The notes beneath the pieces are model-generated. The model was not told the origin of the DNA. It searched no databases and was given only the letters and a program-made list of their open reading frames with translations. Of a stretch of 62,907 bases of DNA, positions 38,950 through 49,484 are shown piece by piece. Source of the DNA: a virus (Duplodnaviria; Caudoviricetes); IMG/VR virus record IMGVR_UViG_3300017967_000020, positions 1-62,907 of that record; one strand, given 5' to 3'. The number at the start of each line of letters is the position of its first letter. Position 1 is the stretch's first letter. The position numbers and the translations under genes are program-made.

Positions 38950-39258
38950 ATGGATAAATTTGAATTTGATTTTGCTAATAAGCTTAATGAAGGCTTTATA
39001 GGTACTTTTGGGATTACTCTCAAAAAACTTATGACAAAAATGTTTGGTGGAGAAAAGGTTCCAATTATCGTTAAAGGAACCACTCCAGAAATCAGAGCAT
39101 TTGCTAAGGCTCTAGTGCACGAAAAAGATTATTATAAAGTATATACAAAATATGGACTCAATGATCCTAAAACATATCGTTCAAAGTATCGCCTCAAGCG
39201 AGCAATACACGATTTCGAGAGAAAGACGGGCATGAAGTGGCCGCTTAAGTTTAGATAA
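38950..39258 (+). CDS. Hypothetical basic late protein
   Basis: 102-aa ORF after ACTATTTATG (38918); N-terminal KLNE/G resembles a protease site. Confidence 0.55.
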   Translation: MDKFEFDFANKLNEGFIGTFGITLKKLMTKMFGGEKVPIIVKGTTPEIRAFAKALVHEKDYYKVYTKYGLNDPKTYRSKYRLKRAIHDFERKTGMKWPLKFR

Positions 39259-39272
39259 GGGGATATTAAGAC

Positions 39273-42200
39273 ATGAATGACGCATTATTAAAAGCATTAA
39301 AAAGGGTAATTGATAATTCTTCTATGGGTGATGACGAAAAAGAAGCACTTAAGACAGAATTAGAAAACTCTTCATCAAAATCTAAAGAAGAGCAAGAAAA
39401 AGCCGCGAATAATGCAAAAAAGAATGCTGGCGAACTAATGAATGCCATCACTGCCTATAATAAAGTTATTGAAGAATCTATCTATAAGGTTGATAAAGCC
39501 AGGCAAGCAGAGATTAGTACTCTTAAAGAAGAAATGAAAGCTAAAATAGAAGCTGGAACGATATCTGAACAAGAATTATTAATACAAAAAGAGAGAATCG
39601 CAAGATTACAGGTTGAAGCAGAGGCAGCAAAAAGAGCAGGAAATGCATTTAAAAGATTTTTGGATAATCAAGGATTTGGAAAAAATCTAGAAGACTCTTT
39701 TACAGGAAAAATGCTTCTTTCTGGAGGTAAAGGATTTGCGAATCTTGCAGAAGAAATGAAAAGAGCATTACAGCCTCAAGCTTTATTTGCTTCTGGACTT
39801 CTCCAGATGGAAAAAGCGACAATGCAGTTGTTTACTGCTTTCGATTCTGCTCAGGCTAATTTATCAAAAGTTACTGCAACAACTGGGCAGTATAATGATA
39901 TGCTTTATGACATGCAAGAGTCAAATAAAACTTTTGGTGTAGATGCAAATACTGCTAGCGAAGCAATTGGAAGTATGCATAAAAATCTTTCTAGCTTTAA
40001 TCAAATGAGCGCCCAAACTCAACAAGCACTGGCTACAACTACAGCCAGAATGAAAGTACTAGGAGTTGATACAGAAACTGGGGCAAAACAATTCGATAAT
40101 ATGATCCAAGGCATGGGAATGACAACAGTAATGGCTAATAATGCAAGTCTTGAATTGGTTAATTTAGGAGATGCAATTGGAGTTTCTGCTGACATTATAT
40201 CAAACCAATTCAATCAAGCCTCTGCAGAGCTAGCTAAATACGGCACAGACGCCATTAAGGTATTCAAGGGTATGTCAGCAGCAGCAAAAGCCACAGGTGT
40301 CGAAATGAACACCCTAATGTCTATAACAAAGCAATACGATACATTTGAAGGTGCTGCAACAGCAGCAGGTAAGCTAAATGCTATACTTGGTGGTGGTGTT
40401 GTCAATTCTATGGATCTTCTCAATGCCACAGAAGACGAGAGAATAAGGCTGCTTATTAAATCAATCGAACTTTCTGGAAAGAATTATGAGAATTTGAATC
40501 GATTTGAAAAGCAGGCGATTGCTTCTGCAGCAGGTATTTCTGATATGGCTGAGGCAAACAAGATCTTGAGTATGTCCACTAATGCTTATGATGATATGCA
40601 AGCAAAAGCAAGCGGAGCAAATGCAGAGGCAGCTAAGTTGGAAGAAAGGGCGCAAGCAGCTCAAACATTTCAACAAAAAATGACACAAATTGGACAAGCT
40701 TTTGCTGTTGCGTTTATGCCAGTTTTGGACTTTATGCATGGGTTTGCAAACTTAATTTTAGAACTTAATGATTTAACAGGAGGATATTTCATTCCTGTAA
40801 TGGTTGGGCTCGCTGGTGTTCTTGCACTTGTTTGGAAAGCCGGATCAGTAAACAATGCCATTCTTAAAGCACAAAGTGCAATAATGGCGACACAAACTTT
40901 TGTTGTAAATACATTAGCAGCAGCAAAAACTATGTATGCTGGGCGTGAGCAGTTTTTAACTTCGGTTAAGGCTGCAGGTAGTCTTCAAGATAAAATGAAC
41001 ATTGCTTTGGATTATATGGGAGTAACCTCGACTGTTGCAAAAACAGTGGCGACAGAAGGAGAAGCAGTTGCTGCGTCAACAGCAACAGTAGCAAATGCTG
41101 GTTTGGCAACTTCTTTGACTGCATTGATCGGCCCATTGATACCTTTGACTCCGCTCATCGCAGGATTAGGAATGGCAATGTTAGGATTAGGCTTGGCAAT
41201 TGCAGCACCTTTTATTGCATTGGCAGTAATCACATTAGCTTTAAGGGATGTATTCATCGCAATGCTTGAAGCTCCAAAAGCAATTGATGCAGCAATAGTT
41301 GGAATAATGAAATTTGCTGTTGCCGGAACTGCAGCAATAATAATATTGTCAACTGGAATTCTTATTGCTGCAGCGATGCTTTCTGGCGCTGCTCCTATGA
41401 TGCTAATGATCGCACCAGCGTTGGCAGCATTTGCAGGAGCGATGCTTATTGCTGCAATTGCATTTTATGTTGGTGGTATGGCTCTAGGAGTATTTGCAGA
41501 AGGCTTGGCAGCATTTGGGGATGTTAGTTGGGAAGCATTGGCTATAGCTACAGTGTCATTGGTTCTTTTTGCATTAGGTATGATACAGTTTGCCCCTATG
41601 TTATCTCTTGCAATGGCGTTGGTTGGGGTTCCTTTGTTGATATTCGGTATTGCGTTGAAACTTTTTGCAGAAGGCTTAGTTGAGTTCAACAATGTTGGAT
41701 GGGAAGCTATGGCAAAAGCCACTCTTTCTTTGGCAGTTTTTGCCATAGCGTTGATTCTGTTGGCGCCCGTATTAGGAATAGCTGCAGCAGTAGTTGGAAT
41801 TCCACTAATGGCATTGGGGCTGGGATTGTTGCTTTTTGCTAAAGGCTTAGCTGAATTCAACAAAGTTGGATGGACAGAAATCGGCTTTGCTCTTTTAAGT
41901 TTAACTTTATTAGGTTTAGGTATAACGGCACTTACAGTACCATTAGGAATCGGAGCATCAATCGTTGGATTGTCTTTGTTGGCTTTTGGACTTGGGCTTA
42001 TTGTTTTTGCCAAAGCTCTTCAACAGTTCAATAAGATTGGATTTGCAGAGATATTTAAAGCAGTACTTGCTCTTGGGTTATTGGCTGTGGCTTTAATTCC
42101 AATCACTGCTACACTAGGAACAATTGGCTTTGTTTTGCCTTTATCTTTGGCTGCAATTGCTTTTGGGCTTGGAGCCTTGGGCATAGGTTTAAGGCAATTC

Positions 42201-42839
42201 AATGAAGTTGGAATAGATGCGATATTCAAATCTATAACTGCATTAGTACTTTTATCCGTAGCCTTATCATTCCTAGTGGGCGCTGGATGGCTTCAGGTAG
42301 CTGCTGCAGGATTTTTATTACTTGGAATGAGTTTGATTGTATTCGGTGCAGGAATAATGTCCGTAGGAGCAGGGCTAGATGTCCTTGCAGGAGCTTTTAA
42401 TAAGTTCCAAGGGGTAACACACCTTTTTGAAATCTTAATGGAATCTGGGGTAGAATCCATTAGCGTATTATACCAAATGGCAGAAGCCCTTCAAAGTATT
42501 GCTCTGGCTTTGTTCTTTTTGCCAGAATCTAAAGTAATAGGAGTCGGATATATGTTTGAAGGATTAGCGGACGCTTCAAATGCAATTAGTGCTTTGAGTC
42601 CGGCAGCAATTAATCTAGGAAAAGACGTTGTTACTGTTGCTGGAGAATATGCCGAAGTTCAGTCAAAAATGAAATCAGCAGATCAGGACTCTTTTGTACA
42701 GGCACTAAAGAGTGCTTTAGGAATCGGAGCGCAAAATCAAGGAAAAGGAAAAGATATTGTCATACAATTGAATGGCAGAGAGCTTGGTAGAGCTGTTGAT
42801 GCAGAATTAAATAAAAGGCATAGTTTAAGAACTGACTAA
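39273..42839 (+). CDS. Tape measure protein
   Basis: 1188 aa, Ala-rich and helical with a long hydrophobic region; lies between tube/chaperone and baseplate genes; ends IQLNGRELGRAV. Confidence 0.85.
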   Translation: MNDALLKALKRVIDNSSMGDDEKEALKTELENSSSKSKEEQEKAANNAKKNAGELMNAITAYNKVIEESIYKVDKARQAEISTLKEEMKAKIEAGTISEQELLIQKERIARLQVEAEAAKRAGNAFKRFLDNQGFGKNLEDSFTGKMLLSGGKGFANLAEEMKRALQPQALFASGLLQMEKATMQLFTAFDSAQANLSKVTATTGQYNDMLYDMQESNKTFGVDANTASEAIGSMHKNLSSFNQMSAQTQQALATTTARMKVLGVDTETGAKQFDNMIQGMGMTTVMANNASLELVNLGDAIGVSADIISNQFNQASAELAKYGTDAIKVFKGMSAAAKATGVEMNTLMSITKQYDTFEGAATAAGKLNAILGGGVVNSMDLLNATEDERIRLLIKSIELSGKNYENLNRFEKQAIASAAGISDMAEANKILSMSTNAYDDMQAKASGANAEAAKLEERAQAAQTFQQKMTQIGQAFAVAFMPVLDFMHGFANLILELNDLTGGYFIPVMVGLAGVLALVWKAGSVNNAILKAQSAIMATQTFVVNTLAAAKTMYAGREQFLTSVKAAGSLQDKMNIALDYMGVTSTVAKTVATEGEAVAASTATVANAGLATSLTALIGPLIPLTPLIAGLGMAMLGLGLAIAAPFIALAVITLALRDVFIAMLEAPKAIDAAIVGIMKFAVAGTAAIIILSTGILIAAAMLSGAAPMMLMIAPALAAFAGAMLIAAIAFYVGGMALGVFAEGLAAFGDVSWEALAIATVSLVLFALGMIQFAPMLSLAMALVGVPLLIFGIALKLFAEGLVEFNNVGWEAMAKATLSLAVFAIALILLAPVLGIAAAVVGIPLMALGLGLLLFAKGLAEFNKVGWTEIGFALLSLTLLGLGITALTVPLGIGASIVGLSLLAFGLGLIVFAKALQQFNKIGFAEIFKAVLALGLLAVALIPITATLGTIGFVLPLSLAAIAFGLGALGIGLRQFNEVGIDAIFKSITALVLLSVALSFLVGAGWLQVAAAGFLLLGMSLIVFGAGIMSVGAGLDVLAGAFNKFQGVTHLFEILMESGVESISVLYQMAEALQSIALALFFLPESKVIGVGYMFEGLADASNAISALSPAAINLGKDVVTVAGEYAEVQSKMKSADQDSFVQALKSALGIGAQNQGKGKDIVIQLNGRELGRAVDAELNKRHSLRTD
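41493..42240 (+). repeat. 57-aa (171-bp) periodic repeat in tape measure
   Basis: FAEGL..F..V.W units start at 41493, 41664, 41835 and 42006 (exact 171-nt period), plus a degenerate fifth. Confidence 0.8.
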
Positions 42840-42862
42840 TTATAATATAGGAGATTTGTACA

Positions 42863-43657
42863 ATGGGTAAAAACCAAACACCAGATCATATAGGGCTAGA
42901 CGGCTGGGTTACGCCAGAAATGTCGCAATTAGGAAGAGAATTCATCCAAAATGATCCTGCGACGAAACTTGCTCAGAATAAAGGGCAAAAAATTGAAATA
43001 TTGCATATACCCTCAGGACAGTCTGTGGTATTTAAGGCTTATATTACGGACTATCAAGACAAATACGATTCTGAATGGAATTCGACTGATGTTTATGGTA
43101 GAATGGATCCAATTCATCAATTCCAAGGTACAAAAAGAGTAATTTCTTTAGATTGGGAGGTTCCTTCGCTATCTAGAGATGAAGCAAAATTGCACCATGA
43201 TAAGTGTTCTTTATTGTTTTCTATGCTTTACCCAAGTTACAATAGTGCAAATCCATCAAGTGCGACGCAAATATCTACAGCGCCAATATTTAAAGTTAAA
43301 TTTGGTAATTTAATCAAAGATCCTAATATCAGTACAGATGGTGGAACTGTCGAAGATTCAGGACTTGTTGGATCAATTTCTGGATTTACTTATTCTCCTG
43401 ATGTTGATTCGGGATTTATCGATGAAGGGTATTTAGGAACTTTATATCCAAAATTGATAAAATTGTCAATGGAATATACTGTTTTTCACACAAATGGATT
43501 AGGATGGAATGGTACTAAGAAAAGAACATTAGGCTTTCCATATGGATTAAGCGAAGCAGCAAGACAAGCTTTAGAAACTGAGTCACGATCAGGAATTCAA
43601 TCTTCATCAGGCATTGCTGAAGAAGATGCGGCGAATCAAGAGGAGATCTTAAAATAA
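42863..43657 (+). CDS. Baseplate tube-initiator-like protein
   Basis: FKAYITDYQD..W....VYGRMDPI..FQGTKRVISL..YP..APIFKVKFGNLI; follows tape measure; late motif at 42835. Confidence 0.65.
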   Translation: MGKNQTPDHIGLDGWVTPEMSQLGREFIQNDPATKLAQNKGQKIEILHIPSGQSVVFKAYITDYQDKYDSEWNSTDVYGRMDPIHQFQGTKRVISLDWEVPSLSRDEAKLHHDKCSLLFSMLYPSYNSANPSSATQISTAPIFKVKFGNLIKDPNISTDGGTVEDSGLVGSISGFTYSPDVDSGFIDEGYLGTLYPKLIKLSMEYTVFHTNGLGWNGTKKRTLGFPYGLSEAARQALETESRSGIQSSSGIAEEDAANQEEILK

Positions 43658-43995
43658 TGAGCAGATTTGGTACAAGAGGGATAAAAGTCAATAGGGATGA
43701 ACTTTATAATGAGATAAGAGAAGAGAGAGACGTAAATTATATAAGACATTATGTTACTCCAAATTTTCAATATCCTACGCCTGAAAACATAAAGGAATTT
43801 ATAGTAGAAAAACATTTTTGGAAAGCAGGAGATAAATTTTATAAGTTAGCTCATGAATATTATGGAGACTCTAAGCTTTGGTGGGTGATTGCGTGGTATA
43901 ATAAAACGCCAACAGAATCTCATGTTGAATTAGGAAAAGTTTTGTCTATACCAAAACCAATTCAAAAAGTATTAAGATATTTGGGGAACACGTAA
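43657..43995 (+). CDS. LysM-like baseplate wedge protein (gp53-like)
   Basis: GDKFYKLAHEYYGDSKLWWVIAWYN..G.VLSIP. Confidence 0.75.
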   Translation: MSRFGTRGIKVNRDELYNEIREERDVNYIRHYVTPNFQYPTPENIKEFIVEKHFWKAGDKFYKLAHEYYGDSKLWWVIAWYNKTPTESHVELGKVLSIPKPIQKVLRYLGNT

Positions 43996-46718
43996 TGGCA
44001 GATTCCAGATTCTCAGAACAGTGCATTCTGATAGACTATATCGATCTTATAGCCCTCACAGGCTTTATGACTAATTTACAAGGCTATAGCAACTTTAAAA
44101 TCATAGACTGCGATTCAAATAAGGGTGGCGGAGCATATAATATCATTTCTAAATTAACTTCGAATGACGGAGTAGACGATTTTCTCAATTTGCCTCCTTC
44201 TGCTTTGGCTACTTTGATACCAAAAATTAAGTTATTTAAGGAAGTCTATAAGGGAAATAGAATAACTGGTAAGCCATCAGATTTGGTTGAGTTCGTTTTT
44301 GAAGATTTTTATAGTAAAAGAAATATAGATGATATATTTGGGACGACTAGTTTCAAAAGAGTTGGTGGTGCTGGACTTTCTGAAGTAAGCTGGGTTTTAA
44401 ACGGTAAGAACCCTGCTGAGGCAGGAAAAGTGCTTGAAGCTACTTTGAAATTTGAATTCCAAACTGTTGCAGATTTGCTCGGAGACAGATTTGATCCAGC
44501 AACTGGTGGTATCGTTGGAGCTGGATCACTTGAAGGCGGTATTGATTATAATTATACAGCAAATTTTGTTGATCTAATCTTACATCCTCCAGGCAGAACA
44601 GATAATTTTAATAAAAGAGCAGAACAAGCCAAGGAAAGAGGAGAATATGTACCTCTTTTTTATAGAATTCGAATGGATGTTGGATGGGCAATTCCTGATT
44701 TGGTTGATGGCACACTTCCCGGACTGACATTAGCTGAGACACAAAGAATAAAATCAGAACTTAGTAGACAAAACATGTCTATGATATTAAACTTGGTTAG
44801 CCATGAATTTGATATATCAGAAAATGGAAAAATATCTTTAACAGTAAATTATAATGGAGCTTTAGAAGCATCAATGAACTCAAATCATGCTAATGTTTTA
44901 AATCAATTTTTGAGATATAACTTAGGCGATGAAGCAGACAAGAAAGAAGAAATAGAAGATTTGAGAGGAAAAATTAATGAATTAGACGAATACATCAAAT
45001 GCTTAAATATTAGTAATCCAAGAGAGGAAGATGTCGAACTTTATGAACAGTGGAAAACTGAAATTCAGACTGAATTTGATTCAAAGACTGATAATTTTGA
45101 CGAGAGACAGGACAGAAAGAGAGCAGGATCGTATAAAGAGTTTTTATCAATGATCAATAAAGAAGTCAATACTTTAGTTGTGTCTGAAGAAGAAATAGAA
45201 GAATGGCAAAATTCAATTGATAAAGGGCTGCCGCGTCCAAAACTTAGTGGATATAGTGACTTGATGAATCAAGACTATCTTAGAGAACAAGCAAAGCAAC
45301 AAAGCGGAGGCTTCAGTGCTTTTGCTATGGCAGTGTTGGATTGGGCAACAGGAGCTCCTCCAAAGCCCGGACAAGGAGAAAACGCAGATTTAGCAAATGA
45401 GACAATTAGCGAAGCAGTAGAAAATCCAGATCAAGTAGAGTCAACCATTGAAGAATTTAAAGACGGTGCTCAGGATCCAGAAAAAGGATACATACAATTT
45501 TTCTATTTAGGTGATATTATTGCTGCAGCCGCAGAAACAATGAAGCCAATTAATAATCCAATGGCTGGTGATGATACTTTTATTCTAGGCCCGGTAGTCA
45601 TTACGCACCCAAGAACTGGCGATAAGATACACTGTAATTTAGCAGATTTGCCAATTTCTTATAACGAATTTCAAACTTTCTTTTTTGAAACTATAGTTAG
45701 AAAACAACTTACATCATATTCTATTAGTCAGTTTCTCAGAGATATAATGGAGAGATTTGTTAAGAGAATATTACAGCCTTCAAATTGTTTTCCTAATAAT
45801 AGACAATCTAGATCAATTGATGTGGCATTGACAAACTTTGCAATATCAAAAAAATTATCAGTTGCAAAAGGAATTAGAAATTATTCAATGTTGCCAAGCG
45901 ATTTACCTCCAAAGCCTGCCGATAATCCAGAAAATATTAAGAAATTATCTGAATGGTATTCTAATAAATGGAATGCAGAAAAACCCGGTAGACTTTATAT
46001 AGAGTCAATCACAGAACAAGAGCTTCAAGAGTTGACTATTGTTGAGTCAGGTGATCCGGTTGTCAACTGTCTTATGTTTTATATGAATTCTTATCTTGCT
46101 TCTGAGCTGGTTGGGGATATTGCATTTGACAGAAAAAATGGCATATATCATTTTTGGCTTGGTGCCGATACGGGCATTGTAAAATCGATTGAATACTCTA
46201 GGACAGATACAGAAGGACTGAGAGAAGCGAGACAATCAGAAGCAGGTAATTTGGGACAAATTAGAGATGTATATGATGCGAATGTGAAATTGGTTGGCAA
46301 CTCTTTATTTCTGCCGGGAATGAAGATATTTTTACATCCCCCAATGGCATTTGGAGATCCAACTGCAGATGGCTACGATCCAAATGGCGAAAGACTTCCT
46401 GACTCTATTCCCAGCGGATATCCTTCTATGGCTAACCTTTTGGGAATTGGTGGGTATTATGATATTATTACTGTAGAGTCTGGTATTTCTAGGAGTGGAC
46501 AGTACGAAACAACTTTGACTTGTAAATTTGCACAATCTGGAGGAAAGCAAATATCAGAAACTGCAAAATGCGATAAGACAATTAGTCTACCAGATGGATA
46601 TGGATCTATTGGTTACCAATTTGATAAATTTGTCAAAGGTGTCAGCGATACTTTTGATATGGATAATCCTGATAACCCTTTAACTCAGTTTATGAGAAAT
46701 ACACCGGACTGGGATTAA
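43995..46718 (+). CDS. Baseplate hub-like virion protein
   Basis: 907 aa; C-terminal YDANVKLVGNSLFLPGM..LGIGGYY.I..V motif; baseplate context. Confidence 0.55.
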   Translation: MADSRFSEQCILIDYIDLIALTGFMTNLQGYSNFKIIDCDSNKGGGAYNIISKLTSNDGVDDFLNLPPSALATLIPKIKLFKEVYKGNRITGKPSDLVEFVFEDFYSKRNIDDIFGTTSFKRVGGAGLSEVSWVLNGKNPAEAGKVLEATLKFEFQTVADLLGDRFDPATGGIVGAGSLEGGIDYNYTANFVDLILHPPGRTDNFNKRAEQAKERGEYVPLFYRIRMDVGWAIPDLVDGTLPGLTLAETQRIKSELSRQNMSMILNLVSHEFDISENGKISLTVNYNGALEASMNSNHANVLNQFLRYNLGDEADKKEEIEDLRGKINELDEYIKCLNISNPREEDVELYEQWKTEIQTEFDSKTDNFDERQDRKRAGSYKEFLSMINKEVNTLVVSEEEIEEWQNSIDKGLPRPKLSGYSDLMNQDYLREQAKQQSGGFSAFAMAVLDWATGAPPKPGQGENADLANETISEAVENPDQVESTIEEFKDGAQDPEKGYIQFFYLGDIIAAAAETMKPINNPMAGDDTFILGPVVITHPRTGDKIHCNLADLPISYNEFQTFFFETIVRKQLTSYSISQFLRDIMERFVKRILQPSNCFPNNRQSRSIDVALTNFAISKKLSVAKGIRNYSMLPSDLPPKPADNPENIKKLSEWYSNKWNAEKPGRLYIESITEQELQELTIVESGDPVVNCLMFYMNSYLASELVGDIAFDRKNGIYHFWLGADTGIVKSIEYSRTDTEGLREARQSEAGNLGQIRDVYDANVKLVGNSLFLPGMKIFLHPPMAFGDPTADGYDPNGERLPDSIPSGYPSMANLLGIGGYYDIITVESGISRSGQYETTLTCKFAQSGGKQISETAKCDKTISLPDGYGSIGYQFDKFVKGVSDTFDMDNPDNPLTQFMRNTPDWD

Positions 46719-46732
46719 ATTAGGAGAATATT

Positions 46733-48211
46733 ATGCTACCAAACAGAGGACAATATAAATTAAAAGGTGCAATTGCTGCAAAACTAGATAAAAGATTTCG
46801 TGATGCACTAGATAATCCGGAAAAATTGACTGATGATCAGATTAACAGTATTATCGAAAATGCAGTCAAAAACTATAATAAAGACGATGAAAATTTAGAA
46901 CCATTTAATACATTGGTGATACCATCTGGAAATAACCAAAAATCAACAAAAGATCTTTATTATCACAAAAAATACTATTATAATTTAGCATGGCCGCAAC
47001 CTGCGGCTAGTGATCGAGATCCAATTTATGGAGAAGAGGTGGATATCAATGAACAATATCAAGGCGAGTCTCGATATGTTTTTGGTAGATTTCAGTACAT
47101 CGATATGTATCATGATAAAACCTTTTATGGCAGAATAGATACTCATAATCGCCCAATTTACCCATCAGAAAAGTTTTTAAAATTAGTTTCAGGCACAAAC
47201 GATGTGTTTCTTTTGGATTTTGTTTGTGACGCTTTAAATGACATGATAGATAAAATCGAAAAGTTGAAAGATATAGGTAAGTTAACAGAAAAAAGCATAT
47301 ATTATGATTTTAAAATCTCGAAAGGTTGGGAAGATATGATCGCTGATCATCATAAGACTATGGAAGCGATATTTCAAGCTTTTGTTAGTAACTTTGCAAA
47401 TTACGGCTCAAAGGCAATAAAAGACTTTAATGACTTTAAGAGGCTGTTTGTTTCTTTTTTGGGCGGATATCTTAAAAGGTATCCTATTAGTAGAAGTAAC
47501 TTACAACTAACATATGCAACTAGTCCAAGAATTAGTGGCACAATATTTGAAATTGATAGTCAAAGCTTTGATGCCGATGAGATTAAGTATAAAAAATATA
47601 TATTAGATGAAAATTTTATTCATATACAAAGAATTGCTAATCTTTATGGGTTTATGGTAGATAAAAATGCTCCTTGGAGATTTATCGCAGATCTTGAATC
47701 TCCGCAAATGAAAGCAAGAATGCAGGAAAAAGGCTTTAGAACACTTCAAGAAATGTTTGACAATAGATTTTATCAAACTCATTTATTTGAAGCGAATTCA
47801 TTGAGAAAATATTTTGTTTCTTATTATGATTCTTATGTAAATTCTTTCCCGTACTACACAGATACTAAAAAGTGTGGAACTGGCTCTAAGTCAAAACTAA
47901 AATATAGAAAAAAAAGAAATAATGCTGAATTTTCTGATGAAAAATTACTAGAACTGTATCTTTTCATTAGAGCCAAAGAAGCCAGAAAAGAATGGACACA
48001 AGAAGAGTTTGATCATGCCACCGAAGAGGCGATCAGAGTCTATGAACATTATAGCTTGAAAGATAGCCTTAATCATATTCTAGATAAAACAACGGTAATA
48101 TATGGTGATGGCGCTAATCCCGGAGTAAGAACCAAAAAAGAAGAAAATTATAGAATATATTCAAATCATCAATCGTATATGTATAGAGGAACATTCACAA
48201 TCAAACTATAG
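46733..48211 (+). CDS. Hypothetical protein
   Basis: 492-aa ORF with GGAG RBS at the end of the structural block; no motif recognised. Confidence 0.55.
   Translation: MLPNRGQYKLKGAIAAKLDKRFRDALDNPEKLTDDQINSIIENAVKNYNKDDENLEPFNTLVIPSGNNQKSTKDLYYHKKYYYNLAWPQPAASDRDPIYGEEVDINEQYQGESRYVFGRFQYIDMYHDKTFYGRIDTHNRPIYPSEKFLKLVSGTNDVFLLDFVCDALNDMIDKIEKLKDIGKLTEKSIYYDFKISKGWEDMIADHHKTMEAIFQAFVSNFANYGSKAIKDFNDFKRLFVSFLGGYLKRYPISRSNLQLTYATSPRISGTIFEIDSQSFDADEIKYKKYILDENFIHIQRIANLYGFMVDKNAPWRFIADLESPQMKARMQEKGFRTLQEMFDNRFYQTHLFEANSLRKYFVSYYDSYVNSFPYYTDTKKCGTGSKSKLKYRKKRNNAEFSDEKLLELYLFIRAKEARKEWTQEEFDHATEEAIRVYEHYSLKDSLNHILDKTTVIYGDGANPGVRTKKEENYRIYSNHQSYMYRGTFTIKL
48152..48181 (+). promoter_or_regulatory. 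Putative early/middle promoter AGAATA-N16-CGTATA
   Basis: Bipartite motif about 40 nt before the PolA-like gene. Confidence 0.55.
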
Positions 48212-48219
48212 GAGGTAAT

Positions 48220-49401
48220 ATGCTCTTTCAAACTCTAGACGACAAGTCGGAGTGTGTCGGTGTATATTTCGATGGAGAATTATGCTTTAATGACATTCCA
48301 AGTACTCTCACAAAGACTTGGAATTATTCTAATTTTCTATATGATATGCAAATCGAATACGCTCAACTCTATGTCAACGGAAAAAGCCTTAACGAAGTTT
48401 GTCCTTCCCACTTGTTAGAAGAATGGGAAAGAGTAACTAACAGACTTAAGGCTTTTATTCGTTCAAATCAATTAGCAAAAGTTAATCTAGTTGAGAATTG
48501 CTTTTTTGACTTAACACCAGAAAGATTTCTCAAAGAGTATTGCAACATTAAAAATCAAATATGCGATTGGGTATTTCAAAAATATTCACGCCCAGAAAAC
48601 TATGATCACTTGCTTCAAGTACAGCAGGTGCTATCAGATATAAAGTATCGAAAAGTCAATTTTGATCCAAAACCTTTACAAGATTATTGGACAGACACAA
48701 AAGCAAAACTTCTTTACACAAAATTTATAAGCACAGATGCCTATTGCGACTATAATTTATTCGGCTCAAAAACCGGTAGATTAAGTCTTTCAGGCAATTC
48801 CCTACCTTTGATGAATATGAAAAAGGAATATAGGGCTTGTATCAATCCTAATAACGATTTCTTTATTGAGTTAGATTATAATGCAGCAGAAGCAAGAGTC
48901 GTACTTGCTCTACTCGGATTAGATCAGCCTAATGAGGATATACACGACTATAACGCAAAAAATCTCTATCACAGCACACGGGCAGAGGCTAAGAAAAGAT
49001 TCTTCGCATGGTTGTATAATCCTAATTCAGACGATACAGTCTCTAGTGGGCAATATGATAGAGATTTAATCTTGGGCAGATACTATTCTTACGATTCAGT
49101 AACGAATTTATTCAAAAGAAAAATTCAATGTGATGATTTTCATGCTTTTAATTATCTTATTCAAAGTACTTGTGCTGATATGGTGCTTGATAGAATGGTG
49201 GCAATCTACAAACTCTTAAAGGGCAGAAAGAGTTATGTAGCATTCACACTTCATGATAGTGTTATTTTGGACTTCGCTTCAGAAGATAAGGAACTTATAA
49301 AGCCGATCATCGAAGAATACAGAAATACTAAATTGGGCAGATTTATGACTACTGTTTCAGCAGGAAAGGATTTATATAATTTAAAGAATATTAATATATA
49401 A
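48220..49401 (+). CDS. Minimal family A DNA polymerase (polymerase domain)
   Basis: KTGRLS, motif A LDYNAAEARV, motif B RAEAKKRFFAWLY, AFNYLIQSTCAD and motif C LHDSVILD. Confidence 0.8.
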   Translation: MLFQTLDDKSECVGVYFDGELCFNDIPSTLTKTWNYSNFLYDMQIEYAQLYVNGKSLNEVCPSHLLEEWERVTNRLKAFIRSNQLAKVNLVENCFFDLTPERFLKEYCNIKNQICDWVFQKYSRPENYDHLLQVQQVLSDIKYRKVNFDPKPLQDYWTDTKAKLLYTKFISTDAYCDYNLFGSKTGRLSLSGNSLPLMNMKKEYRACINPNNDFFIELDYNAAEARVVLALLGLDQPNEDIHDYNAKNLYHSTRAEAKKRFFAWLYNPNSDDTVSSGQYDRDLILGRYYSYDSVTNLFKRKIQCDDFHAFNYLIQSTCADMVLDRMVAIYKLLKGRKSYVAFTLHDSVILDFASEDKELIKPIIEEYRNTKLGRFMTTVSAGKDLYNLKNINI

Positions 49402-49465
49402 AAAATATAATATATTATATAAAATAATTAAAAAATAAGTAAAATATAACTAAAATTATTAGAAA
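49381..49465. other. Extremely AT-rich tract with a 16-bp palindrome
   Basis: Almost no G/C; ATATAATATATTATAT at 49405-49420. Confidence 0.6.
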
Positions 49466-49484
49466 CAAGGAGATAAGAACTAAA

